DNA of 64,000 bases from an uncultured Rhodobacteraceae bacterium (lineage in GTDB: Bacteria; Pseudomonadota; Alphaproteobacteria; Rhodobacterales; Rhodobacteraceae). Location: positions 3,267-67,266 of the forward strand of contig CALDUK010000015.1 of the NCBI GenBank assembly GCA_937924905.1, given 5' to 3'. The notes under the pieces were generated by a model. That model ran no database searches, was not told where the DNA came from, and saw only the letters and a program-made list of their open reading frames with translations. Below are positions 8,984 through 18,068 of the stretch, piece by piece; within the stretch, counting starts at the first letter, position 1; each line of letters opens with the position of its first letter. Both the position numbers and the translations under genes were made by a program.

Positions 8984-10054
8984 ATGAAAGACTTCGGCAA
9001 TCAGGCCTCGGTCCGGTTCGAAAACGTTGAAAAGAGCTTTGGCGACGTAAAGGTTTTGCGTGACTTCGATCTTGAAGTTCTACCGGGCGAGTTTGTGGTG
9101 CTTTTGGGCGCGTCCGGGTCGGGCAAGACCACTGCCCTGCGGATCCTGTCGGGGCTTGAAACGCCGTCGGGCGGCGAAGTTTATATCGATGATGAAAACG
9201 TCACAGACGTGCTGCCAAAGTACCGTGACATCTCGATGGTATTTCAATCCTATGCGCTGTACCCGCACAAAACAGTGGCCGAAAATATCAGCTTTCCGCT
9301 CAAAGTACGGGGAATGGATAAGGCCGACATGGATGCGGCGACCTTGGATGCCGCGAAACAAGTCCAAATCGAAGATCTTCTTGGCCGGTATCCACGCGAA
9401 CTGTCGGGTGGTCAGCGCCAGCGAGTGGCCTTGGCCCGCGCCATCATCCGGCGTCCGTCGGTCTTTTTGATGGACGAACCGCTGTCGAACCTGGATGCCA
9501 AATTGCGCGGGCATATGCGAGCACAGCTGAAGCATATGCAAAAGTCGATGGGGATCACGACCATCTACGTCACCCACGACCAGATTGAAGCGATGACGCT
9601 GGCGCATCGCGTTGCCATTCTGGAAAAGGGCGTGTTGCAACAGCTTGCGACACCGGCAGAAATTTATAATGACCCCGCAAATTTGTTCGTCGCGCAGTTT
9701 ATCGGCTCACCACCTATGAACGTGATCCACGGCAGGCTCGCGGGCAGTCAATTCACCACAAACGGTGTGGTGGTGGAAACCAATGTGTCGGGTCAGGCCG
9801 AAAAGGCAGTCATGGGAATTCGACCAGAAGACTGTTCTATCGCGGCTCCTACTGATGGCACGCTGGTTGGTACGATATTCACCAATGAGTTGATTGGTGA
9901 TCATGCGCTGGTCACGGTGGATTGGGGCGACGATCAGATTGCCATCAAGGCGCCCAAAGATTTTTCTGGCGATCAGGGCGATGAGATTGGTGTGGTGATC
10001 CCGCGCGATCATCTGTTCGTCTTTGACGAAAACAACGGCCAGCGGATCCGCTAA
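8984..10054 (+). CDS. ABC transporter ATP-binding protein (MalK/UgpC type)
   Basis: Internal ATG 8984 of track ORF 8867..10054. Walker A GASGSGKTT, signature LSGGQRQRVALARA, Walker B VFLMDEPLSNLD, and a C-terminal regulatory-type domain. Confidence 0.9.
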   Translation: MKDFGNQASVRFENVEKSFGDVKVLRDFDLEVLPGEFVVLLGASGSGKTTALRILSGLETPSGGEVYIDDENVTDVLPKYRDISMVFQSYALYPHKTVAENISFPLKVRGMDKADMDAATLDAAKQVQIEDLLGRYPRELSGGQRQRVALARAIIRRPSVFLMDEPLSNLDAKLRGHMRAQLKHMQKSMGITTIYVTHDQIEAMTLAHRVAILEKGVLQQLATPAEIYNDPANLFVAQFIGSPPMNVIHGRLAGSQFTTNGVVVETNVSGQAEKAVMGIRPEDCSIAAPTDGTLVGTIFTNELIGDHALVTVDWGDDQIAIKAPKDFSGDQGDEIGVVIPRDHLFVFDENNGQRIR

Positions 10055-11122
10055 ATGCGGATCACGCTTTACCCGGACATGTTCCGCGAAAATGAGCGCG
10101 TGCTGTATGCCCATGGCGCGTTGAAGGTCGCGACGTTCCGTTTCGAAAGCGGCGTGGCGGGTTTGCGTGTTCAGAATTCGCGTGGCGAGATCACTATGCT
10201 GCCGTTTCAAGGTCAGCAGATTTGGCGCGCCTTTTTTGATGGACGCGAACTGACCATGCGTTCGATGTTCGACCAGCCGAAAGACACGCGGTCCTATCTG
10301 GAAACCTATGGCGGTTTTCTGATCCATTGCGGGTTGGCCGGGCTTGGGGCGCCGGGGCCAGACGATACGCACCCTTTGCATGGCGAATTGCCGAACGCAC
10401 CGTTTCAATCCGCTTGGCTGGACGTGGATGTTGGCACGGTCACGGTCGGTGGCAGCTATCAACACACGCTGGCGTTTTCGACAAACTACCGTGCGGCGAT
10501 CGAGACAAAATTGACCTTGGACGCTGCATTGCTGGATGTCGCTGTGAAGGTCGAAAACCTTAAACAGACACCGATGGATTTGATGTATCTGGGCCATGCC
10601 AATTTCAGACCGGTCGACTTTGGCGAATTGCACTATAGCGCCCCGCATACGCCCGAGGCGGTTCGGGTGCGCCGTTCGATCCCTGCGCATGTCACGCCAA
10701 AGCCCGGTTATGCGGAGTTTCTGACCGAACTAGCCAAAGACCCCACCGGCCATCATGTGCTGACACCGGGGATCGCCTTCGACCCCGAAGTGGTCTTTGA
10801 AATCGATATGGATAGTGATGCCGATGGCTTTGCGCATGCACTGCAAAAGCATCCCGATGGCACGGCAGATTACATGCGGTGCCGTCCGGATCAGGCCCCG
10901 CTTTGCACGCGCTGGATTTGCCGAACACCGGATCAAGACGGGCTGGGCGTTGCTTTCCCGTCAACATCGGGGGTCGAAGGGTATAGCGTCGAAAAAGCGA
11001 AGGGCAGGGTGCATGTGCTGGATGGCGGGCAAACCTGGCGTATGGATATGCGGCTTGGGCTTTTGACACAGGATGAAACCATCGACGTCATCTCTCAGAT
11101 CGACGCAGTGAAAGGCATATGA
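10055..11122 (+). CDS. Aldose 1-epimerase (mutarotase)-fold protein, DUF4432-like
   Basis: Track ORF, 355 aa. The segment GGFLIHCGLAGLGAPGPDDTHPLHGELPNAPF resembles the conserved core I remember for DUF4432 / mutarotase-like proteins. The family call is from memory and is not verified. Confidence 0.55.
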   Translation: MRITLYPDMFRENERVLYAHGALKVATFRFESGVAGLRVQNSRGEITMLPFQGQQIWRAFFDGRELTMRSMFDQPKDTRSYLETYGGFLIHCGLAGLGAPGPDDTHPLHGELPNAPFQSAWLDVDVGTVTVGGSYQHTLAFSTNYRAAIETKLTLDAALLDVAVKVENLKQTPMDLMYLGHANFRPVDFGELHYSAPHTPEAVRVRRSIPAHVTPKPGYAEFLTELAKDPTGHHVLTPGIAFDPEVVFEIDMDSDADGFAHALQKHPDGTADYMRCRPDQAPLCTRWICRTPDQDGLGVAFPSTSGVEGYSVEKAKGRVHVLDGGQTWRMDMRLGLLTQDETIDVISQIDAVKGI

Positions 11123-12108
11123 TGCGCGCAACGCAGCTGCTTGGGATAGGCGATATTCGCACCATGGACGTACCAATCCCAGAGCCCGGGCCGGGCGAGG
11201 TTCTGATCAAGGTCGAAGCCTCGGGGATATGCGGCACTGATCGGCATCTTTTCAAAGGTGAGTTCCCATCAGTTCCGGGCAAGACTTTGGGTCACGAATT
11301 TTCAGGCATCGTTGTTGAAGGGAATGTTGCCGGGTTTCCGAAAGGAACGCGGGTCACGTGTGATCCGAACACCTGGTGCGGCACATGTGATCAGTGTCAG
11401 CGCGGACGTGTCAATCTTTGCATAAACAACGTGGCAACCGGTATCCACCGCGACGGTGGCTTTGCCGAATATTGTACATTCCCCGCGTCCAAGGCCGTTG
11501 TTCTGCCGGCGGATCTGGATCCGTTGTATGGTGCGTTTTGCGAGCCTTTGGCTTGCACGCTTCATGGTATGGATATCGGTGGTGCGCGTGCCGGCGAAAA
11601 AGTGTTGATAATCGGTGGCGGTGTTATTGGATTGTTGGCGTTGCAGATCGCTAAGCTGGCTGGCGCTGAAGTCATGTTATTGACGCGCAGCGCCGGAAAA
11701 CAGGCGTTGGGCTTAAGCACTGGGGCCGACTTTGCGGTTGGGGGCGAAGACGCCTTGCGCGATATATGGCCCGATGGTGCTGATCTGGTTGTCGAATGCG
11801 CAGGTGTCCGATCGACCGTTGCGCAGTCCCCCAAACTGGCGCGCACGGGCGGGCGTGTAGTGATCCTGGGCGTCTTGCCGCAAGGCGAAGAGGTCCCGAT
11901 TGAGCCGTTTGATATGTTGTTTCGCGAAGTGCAAATGCACTTCAGTTTTTTGAACCCGTTTACACACGGTCGCGCAGCGCAGATGGTGGCGGATGGCACC
12001 ATTGATGTGGCTCCACTGATCAGCCGGACGATTTCCCTGGAAGATGCGGCGGAAGCGATTGCCACCCCGCCTATGCCGGGCGACGTGCGGGCGATTGTTG
12101 TGCCGTAA
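11119..12108 (+). CDS. Zn-dependent alcohol/polyol dehydrogenase (MDR superfamily)
   Basis: GHEFSG catalytic Zn motif, structural Zn cysteines CGTCDQCQRGRVNLC, Rossmann motif IIGGGVIGL. ATGA overlap with the upstream gene. Confidence 0.9.
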   Translation: MMRATQLLGIGDIRTMDVPIPEPGPGEVLIKVEASGICGTDRHLFKGEFPSVPGKTLGHEFSGIVVEGNVAGFPKGTRVTCDPNTWCGTCDQCQRGRVNLCINNVATGIHRDGGFAEYCTFPASKAVVLPADLDPLYGAFCEPLACTLHGMDIGGARAGEKVLIIGGGVIGLLALQIAKLAGAEVMLLTRSAGKQALGLSTGADFAVGGEDALRDIWPDGADLVVECAGVRSTVAQSPKLARTGGRVVILGVLPQGEEVPIEPFDMLFREVQMHFSFLNPFTHGRAAQMVADGTIDVAPLISRTISLEDAAEAIATPPMPGDVRAIVVP

Positions 12109-12114
12109 GGCGCG

Positions 12115-12951
12115 TCAAAACTGATAAAACTTGCGCGCGTTGCCTGCAAAAACCGCGTGTCTTTCGTCGTCGGCCAGATGTTGCGTCAGTTCTTGGGCCG
12201 TCGCGTGCCAATCAGCGTATTCGCTTTTCAATCTCACCACCGGCCAATCGCTGCCCCACATGACACGGTCTGCGCCGAAAACGCGCAGCACGTGATCGAC
12301 GTAAGGCCACAGCGCGTCGTGCGACCAATCCTCAGCCGTTTCAGTCACAAGGCCCGAAAGCTTGCAATATGCGCCTGTATCGTCGGCTAGGCGTCCAATG
12401 CCATTGGCCCATTCATCAAAGCTGGCATCAGTGCCGTCGCCGATCTGCGGCTTCATACAGTGATCCACAACCGCGCGAAGGCCGGGATAGCGGGTCAATA
12501 ACGTGTGGAAATTGTCCAGATGGCGTGGGAAGCCAAGACAGTCAAACGTCAGATTTAGGTCAACCAATGCGCGATAGGCCCAGTCGACATTTTCCTGAAG
12601 CATCCAACTGTCATCCGGCAAATCTTGGATCATTGGGCGAACGCCTGCGAACTTTGGGTGTTGGGCCAACCGGGCCAGCGTGTCCAATTGGCTTGGGTCT
12701 TCGAAATCGATCCAGCCGACAACCTTGGTTACATGGGGGCAAGCATCCGCAATGCCCAGCAAGTATTCGGTTTCGTGGACGGTTGGGGCCGCCTGTACCA
12801 ACACCGTTTGTGTCACGCCGCTCGCCGTCAGGGCCGCGTTCAGATCCTGGGGCCCATAGGGCCGCGATAGAACCGGGTTGTCTTTGGGCATCCAGCCGTA
12901 ATCCCCACGTTCTGGGTGCCAGAAATGATGGTGCGCATCGACAGTGATCAT
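12115..12951 (-). CDS. Amidohydrolase_2 family protein (sugar-lactonase type, L-fucono-1,5-lactonase-like)
   Basis: Track ORF, 278 aa. N-terminal HxH motif MITVDAHHHFW and C-terminal WGSDWP. The subfamily assignment is inference. Confidence 0.75.
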   Translation of the reverse strand: MITVDAHHHFWHPERGDYGWMPKDNPVLSRPYGPQDLNAALTASGVTQTVLVQAAPTVHETEYLLGIADACPHVTKVVGWIDFEDPSQLDTLARLAQHPKFAGVRPMIQDLPDDSWMLQENVDWAYRALVDLNLTFDCLGFPRHLDNFHTLLTRYPGLRAVVDHCMKPQIGDGTDASFDEWANGIGRLADDTGAYCKLSGLVTETAEDWSHDALWPYVDHVLRVFGADRVMWGSDWPVVRLKSEYADWHATAQELTQHLADDERHAVFAGNARKFYQF

Positions 12952-13037
12952 TCAGTAAACCTCGACAGACGAAACGGGCTTTGGGGATGATCAGACCTGT
13001 GTTTAATTGCTTAGGTCAAGAGAGGGTTTCAACAATC

Positions 13038-13865
13038 ATGAAAATCGCACGCATGAACCGGCTGTTCGGCACGTCTGGACATTGTTTTGATGTTGCTATC
13101 GACCACGGGATGTTCAACGAGCCGGGCTTTCTGGGGGGCATTGAAAATATGCACAAGGCGGTCAGTCTGGTTGCCGCTGCCGCGCCGGATGCCATTCAAT
13201 TGACGCCCGGTACAGCCCCCATTTTGCAGGCCATCCCGGGCAAGACCCGGCCAGCTTTGGTTCTGAGAACGGATATTGCAAACGTCTACGGCAACCCACT
13301 GCCACGATCCTTGTTTTCAGTTGTGATTGAGGAAGCGGTGGAACAAGGTCTGTTGCTGGACGCGGCCTGTGTTGTGGTCAATCTGTTGATGCTCCCGGAC
13401 CAGCCCGAGGTGCATGAAGCGTGCATCAAAAATATCAACTGTCTGAAACGCGCCTGTGACGCGACAGGTATGCCGTTAATGGTCGAACCTTTGGTTATGC
13501 AGGACAATGCCAAGGCAGGTGGCTATATGGTTGACGGCGATATCAACAAGATCCTGCCACTTGTCCGACAGGCGGTGGAGCTGGGGGCGGATGTCATAAA
13601 GGCTGATCCTTGTGACGACGTTGGAGAATATCATCGCGTGGTGGAAACAGCTCAAAGCGTGCCGGTTCTGGTGCGGGGCGGTGGCAAGGTGCCGGATGAA
13701 GAAATTCTAAACCGTACGGCCGCACTGATGGCCCAAGGTGCGAAAGGCATCGTTTATGGACGCAATGTCATTCACCACGCCGACCCCGCCGGCATGACCA
13801 AGGCTTTGATGGCGATTGTCCATGACGGTGTGTCCGTTCGCCAGGCGCTGGATATGATCGCATGA
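13038..13865 (+). CDS. Class I aldolase of the DeoC/LacD/FbaB(DhnA)/LsrF-like family
   Basis: Internal ATG 13038 (AGAGGG upstream) of track ORF 12981..13865. MKIARMNRLFGTSGHCFDVAIDHG...VEPLV...IKAD...GRNV pattern fits that family. 275 aa. Confidence 0.7.
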   Translation: MKIARMNRLFGTSGHCFDVAIDHGMFNEPGFLGGIENMHKAVSLVAAAAPDAIQLTPGTAPILQAIPGKTRPALVLRTDIANVYGNPLPRSLFSVVIEEAVEQGLLLDAACVVVNLLMLPDQPEVHEACIKNINCLKRACDATGMPLMVEPLVMQDNAKAGGYMVDGDINKILPLVRQAVELGADVIKADPCDDVGEYHRVVETAQSVPVLVRGGGKVPDEEILNRTAALMAQGAKGIVYGRNVIHHADPAGMTKALMAIVHDGVSVRQALDMIA

Positions 13866-15004
13866 CGCGCGTTATCCGTTTTGGGGTCATCGGTTGTGGG
13901 TTGATGGGGCGCGAATTTGCCTCTTCAGCCGCGCGGTGGCTGCATTTGGAAAACACCCGCGCGCGCCCCGAAATCGTGGCCGTTTGTGATTTGAACACGT
14001 CACTGACAGACTGGTTTTCATCTAACGTGCCAAGCGTGCAGCAGGTGACACAGGACTATCATGCGTTGCTCGCCAACCCGGATGTCGACGCCGTCTATTG
14101 CGCCGTTCCGCATAATCTGCACGACACCATCTATCCTGACATTCTGGCCGCCGGGAAACATCTTTTGGGTGAAAAGCCGTTTGGGATGGATGCGGCCGCA
14201 AATGCGCGCATCCAAGCAGCGATTGATGCGCATCCCAAGTGCTTTGTCCGTTGTTCATCCGAGCTTCCGTATTTTCCCGGCGCGCAGAAGGTGATCGAGT
14301 TTATCCGGTCAGGTGATTTGGGCGAAGTCATCGAAGTCGAAGCGGCATTTCTGCATTCATCTGACCTTAACCCTGACAAGCCAATCAACTGGAAACGCAT
14401 GGTTGATGTGAATGGGGCCTATGGATGCATGGGGGATCTGGGCATGCATGTTCTGCATGTGCCCTTGCGTCTTGGTTGGAAGCCAAGTTCGGTTTCGGCA
14501 TCGTTGGTGAACCGGTTTCCCACGCGACCCGACGGCAAAGGCGGAACGGTTGCGAGCGAAACCTGGGACAATGCCACGATCACTGGCCATGTGTCAGATC
14601 ATGGTGGGTTTCCCTTAGTTCTAAAAACCTGGCGCGTCGCGCCCGGAAATTCCAATACATGGAGCATCCGTGTTTTGGGGACACGTCGAAGCGCGATGTT
14701 CAGCACAAAGAACCCACGCCAATGGCAGTTTATGGAATACGACGGCGGCGCGCAAATTTGGCAGGTCGAAGACCTTGGGTTCCAAAGCCTTTTCCCCGCG
14801 ATCACCGGCGCCATTTTTGAGTTCGGGTTCCCGGATGCACTGCAACAGATGTGGGCTGCATTCGTCGATGAATTGGCGGGTGGTGATGCAAACGGGTTCC
14901 ATTGCGTGACCCCGGGCGAGGCGGCGGATCAGCACGCAATCCTGACCGCTGCTTTGCAGGCTGGCATGACCAATACCGTTCAAGATGTGGCTTACCCGAT
15001 ATGA
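13862..15004 (+). CDS. Gfo/Idh/MocA family oxidoreductase
   Basis: N-terminal Rossmann motif IRFGVIGCGLMG and the EKP motif (LLGEKPFG). ATGA overlap with the aldolase gene. Confidence 0.85.
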   Translation: MTRVIRFGVIGCGLMGREFASSAARWLHLENTRARPEIVAVCDLNTSLTDWFSSNVPSVQQVTQDYHALLANPDVDAVYCAVPHNLHDTIYPDILAAGKHLLGEKPFGMDAAANARIQAAIDAHPKCFVRCSSELPYFPGAQKVIEFIRSGDLGEVIEVEAAFLHSSDLNPDKPINWKRMVDVNGAYGCMGDLGMHVLHVPLRLGWKPSSVSASLVNRFPTRPDGKGGTVASETWDNATITGHVSDHGGFPLVLKTWRVAPGNSNTWSIRVLGTRRSAMFSTKNPRQWQFMEYDGGAQIWQVEDLGFQSLFPAITGAIFEFGFPDALQQMWAAFVDELAGGDANGFHCVTPGEAADQHAILTAALQAGMTNTVQDVAYPI

Positions 15005-15996
15005 CGGGGCGACGCGGTGTGATCTGTGCTGGAAACTGGATCGTTGATCTGGTCCATGACATCGACCGCTGGCCCAATGAAAGTGAACTTGTCCGCATCG
15101 GCCAACAAACACGCGGCATAGGTGGTGGTGCCGCCAACGTGCTCAGCGCGCTTGCCAGGCTTCAAACCGGCTTGCCGCTGTTCCCGATGGGTGCGGTCGG
15201 CAATGATGAGCATGGCGATTTCGTTTTGGCCGAATGTCAGACGCTGGGTCTGCCGGTTGCCGGGCTTGTGCAAAAGCCCGGCATTGCCACTGCGCATACG
15301 CATGTCATGTCGGTCGCGGGTCAAAGCCGCACGTTCTTTTATCAGGGTGGTGCGAATGACGTGCTTGGGCTTGATGATTTCCCAAAAGGCACATTTACTG
15401 ACACCAAAGCCCGCATTTTTTACCTTGGATACCTAACGTTACTGGGCGAGCTTGATGTTCGCGATGCCGGCGGTGCAACGAATGCCGCCAAGGTTTTGGA
15501 GCGCGCCAAAGCAGCGGGTCTGACCACCTGCGTCGATCTTGTGTCGATGCACCATCCCCAATTTCGACAGATCGTGCAAAGCGCGGCCCCATCTATCGAC
15601 TATCTGGTTGCGAATGAAATTGAGGCTGGATTTGCCACTGGTCACACGCCGTCCACCCAAGCAAAGGCGATGAAGAACATGGCCGCGGCCGTGCTTGATA
15701 TGGGCGTTCGGAAAGCCGTCGTTTTGCACTCAGTTGAACGCTCCGTTTGGGTTGGGGGCGATGGACAGGCAAGCGTTGTCGACATCAACCCTGTGCCAGC
15801 AGAACAAATCGCCAGCAACCTTGGGGCGGGCGACGCGTTTTGTGCAGGCCTGATTTATGCTGTGCATGAAGGCATGGCGCCGATGGACGCGTTGGGATTG
15901 GCGAACGCCACCGCGCGTGCTTCTTTATCCGGCATGACTGCGACCGGGGCGATACCCCCGCTAATCCAGCTTGACGGGTTTAGCCTGAAAAGCTGA
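15001..15996 (+). CDS. PfkB family carbohydrate kinase
   Basis: Internal ATG 15001 of track ORF 14902..15996 (ATGA overlap). C-terminal NLGAGDAFCAGL anion-hole/ATP motif. 331 aa. Confidence 0.85.
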   Translation: MTGRRGVICAGNWIVDLVHDIDRWPNESELVRIGQQTRGIGGGAANVLSALARLQTGLPLFPMGAVGNDEHGDFVLAECQTLGLPVAGLVQKPGIATAHTHVMSVAGQSRTFFYQGGANDVLGLDDFPKGTFTDTKARIFYLGYLTLLGELDVRDAGGATNAAKVLERAKAAGLTTCVDLVSMHHPQFRQIVQSAAPSIDYLVANEIEAGFATGHTPSTQAKAMKNMAAAVLDMGVRKAVVLHSVERSVWVGGDGQASVVDINPVPAEQIASNLGAGDAFCAGLIYAVHEGMAPMDALGLANATARASLSGMTATGAIPPLIQLDGFSLKS

Positions 15997-17163
15997 TCAA
16001 CCAGCCGTCCGCCGCGTGGCCAGTATAGCGAACAGCGTTCCAATGGCAGAAAGAACCAGTGTTGTATAAACCGCGACATCCATCGAAGACTGCGCCAGGA
16101 CAGCGACGGTAAAAACGCCGCCCAAACGCGCGAAAGTTATGTCCAGGCTGGCCGACAAAGCGCTCGAGCTTTTGGGGGCGAAACTCAGGATAAACTGGGT
16201 CGACGGGGCGTTGCTGCATGCAAAGCCGCACCCGATCAGGATAGACGCAAATATCAAAAGGATCATTTCATCCCCCAGATTGGCCAACTGAAAGCCGCTT
16301 GCAATGAACAGTGGCGCGAGAACCAGAATGAGACGGACCGCAGGTTTATCAACAAGGTTGCGCATCACGGTTCCAACCAGCGAAAAACTTAGCCACATGG
16401 ATGACAACACCAGCCCGATCCCTACAATCTGATAGCCGCTGTCTTCCAGCCAAAGCGGCATGCGGAACAAAAAGTAAGTGATGCAACCATAGGTGCAGAA
16501 AACATAGCCGTACATTAGCCACAGCTTTGAGGTCCGGAAAATCCGTAAAAGAGATTGCGTGGTTTTCACCCGTGTGGTGGATGCCGGATCAATTTCGCCC
16601 AGATGCACCACGACCAGTGCCAGAAGCGAAATCACTGCAAAGCCCAGGAACGCCAAATTCCAGTTCGATATGGCGAAAAGACCGCTTAACAAAAGCGGCG
16701 CGAAAGCCGCAACATAGCCTGCGATACTGCCCCAGATAATCAGTACCTTGCCCGGTTGGTCAGGCGAGGCGCGGGTCAGAAGAATGGGGATCAACGGCGA
16801 GAAAACGCCCCCACCCACACCTTGGACAATGCGCCCGGCAATCATCATTTCAAACGAAGAAGCCGCAGCGACCAAAAGTGAACCCAAGGCAAAGGCCAGA
16901 ACGCCGCCTGCGAAAACGCGTCGGACGTTGATCGCGTCGCCCAAGACTCCACCAATCAAAACGCCAGCTGCAACCGCGATGCCATAGGAGTTAAAAAGCC
17001 AGGCCAGCTGTCCGATTGTCAAATCGAACGCATTTTGAATCAGAGGTAAAAGCAACGGAACCAGCGTCAGTTCCATAACAAAAGCGACGCTTACCGCGAT
17101 TGCGCCATATATAGTTGGTTGGGATGACAAATAACTGCTCTTAAAAAGTTTCTCGCCCAACAA
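15997..17163 (-). CDS. MFS transporter
   Basis: Track ORF, 388 aa, about 12 hydrophobic spans. The only start upstream of TM1 is TTG 17163. Confidence 0.8.
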   Translation of the reverse strand: MLGEKLFKSSYLSSQPTIYGAIAVSVAFVMELTLVPLLLPLIQNAFDLTIGQLAWLFNSYGIAVAAGVLIGGVLGDAINVRRVFAGGVLAFALGSLLVAAASSFEMMIAGRIVQGVGGGVFSPLIPILLTRASPDQPGKVLIIWGSIAGYVAAFAPLLLSGLFAISNWNLAFLGFAVISLLALVVVHLGEIDPASTTRVKTTQSLLRIFRTSKLWLMYGYVFCTYGCITYFLFRMPLWLEDSGYQIVGIGLVLSSMWLSFSLVGTVMRNLVDKPAVRLILVLAPLFIASGFQLANLGDEMILLIFASILIGCGFACSNAPSTQFILSFAPKSSSALSASLDITFARLGGVFTVAVLAQSSMDVAVYTTLVLSAIGTLFAILATRRTAG

Positions 17164-17212
17164 ATACGACGGGCATTTATAATTTCAAACTATGTTGTTG
17201 TGCGGCACAGCG

Positions 17213-18037
17213 TCAACCGCGCGAGACCAGTTTCACATCGGTTGTCGCAACAGAGGTCATCGGCTTTGGCACCGGCATCGCGACTGGCTGTTCATTCATG
17301 TGGTGGACCATGCATTGTCTGCTCATCCATATCAAATGGTCTTCTTCCGTAACTTGCTTATCCGGTCCAATCCAGCGACCCGGTTCACAATGACTGTACC
17401 CATAGCGCAAATGCGCGCCTTTCGCGGCCAAACGTTTCGGGACCAGGGCGAACATATAGTCTGGTGACCAAGCGTGTAGGACCATCTCGAATAGAAGTCT
17501 CGACAAAAGTCCTGTGGCACCTTGGCTGCGCAATCCGCCCAATCCTTGCGAAGGCAGCCAGAAGTCCCCGTGATAGCACACTTTTCCAGTGACTTTCATC
17601 AACGCCTGCGGGCCGGTGTAATATGTTTTGTCCGGGTCAGGCGTTGTGTCGGGGGTAATGTACTTGTGTCGATGCACATCAAGATGTTGTTTCAGCGTTG
17701 TGTCGCCCAATTCGAGCATCCGCGCAGCCTGCGTGTGGACAACCTGATTTTCTTGATTGTAGCCGCAAATCCAAAACCCATTTGTGGCGTCAACATATGA
17801 ACTTGTCACGTCAAACATCGGGTATAGCAACGCACGTTTTCCATCTGCGTTGCGAAGCGCACGATATCTGGCAAAATCGTCGCCGATTTCAATGCGCATG
17901 CCGGCGCCTTCCATCTGGCTGACAAGATTAGACACACGACGTGTCATCGCGAAAAGATTGCGTACAGACATTCCACCCACTGACTTAAGAGTCCCCACTC
18001 GTGTAAAGTGTAACATGAAAATGTCACATTTGTGCAA
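17213..18037 (-). CDS. Hypothetical protein (no family recognised)
   Basis: Track ORF, 274 aa, with non-repetitive globular-looking composition. The 5' end is AT-rich, so the true start may be an internal Met (M23, M31 or M47). It follows the upstream HTH gene by 31 nt on the same strand. Confidence 0.5.
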   Translation of the reverse strand: MHKCDIFMLHFTRVGTLKSVGGMSVRNLFAMTRRVSNLVSQMEGAGMRIEIGDDFARYRALRNADGKRALLYPMFDVTSSYVDATNGFWICGYNQENQVVHTQAARMLELGDTTLKQHLDVHRHKYITPDTTPDPDKTYYTGPQALMKVTGKVCYHGDFWLPSQGLGGLRSQGATGLLSRLLFEMVLHAWSPDYMFALVPKRLAAKGAHLRYGYSHCEPGRWIGPDKQVTEEDHLIWMSRQCMVHHMNEQPVAMPVPKPMTSVATTDVKLVSRG

Positions 18038-18068
18038 GCTCTTTTTTTCAACCGGCAGATAGCGCCAA

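Noticed and set aside
9707-10690. 327-aa minus-strand ORF overlapping the ABC ATPase and the DUF4432-like gene
   Set aside because: It spans two plus-strand genes that have recognisable motifs. It is Arg-rich with no recognisable domain.
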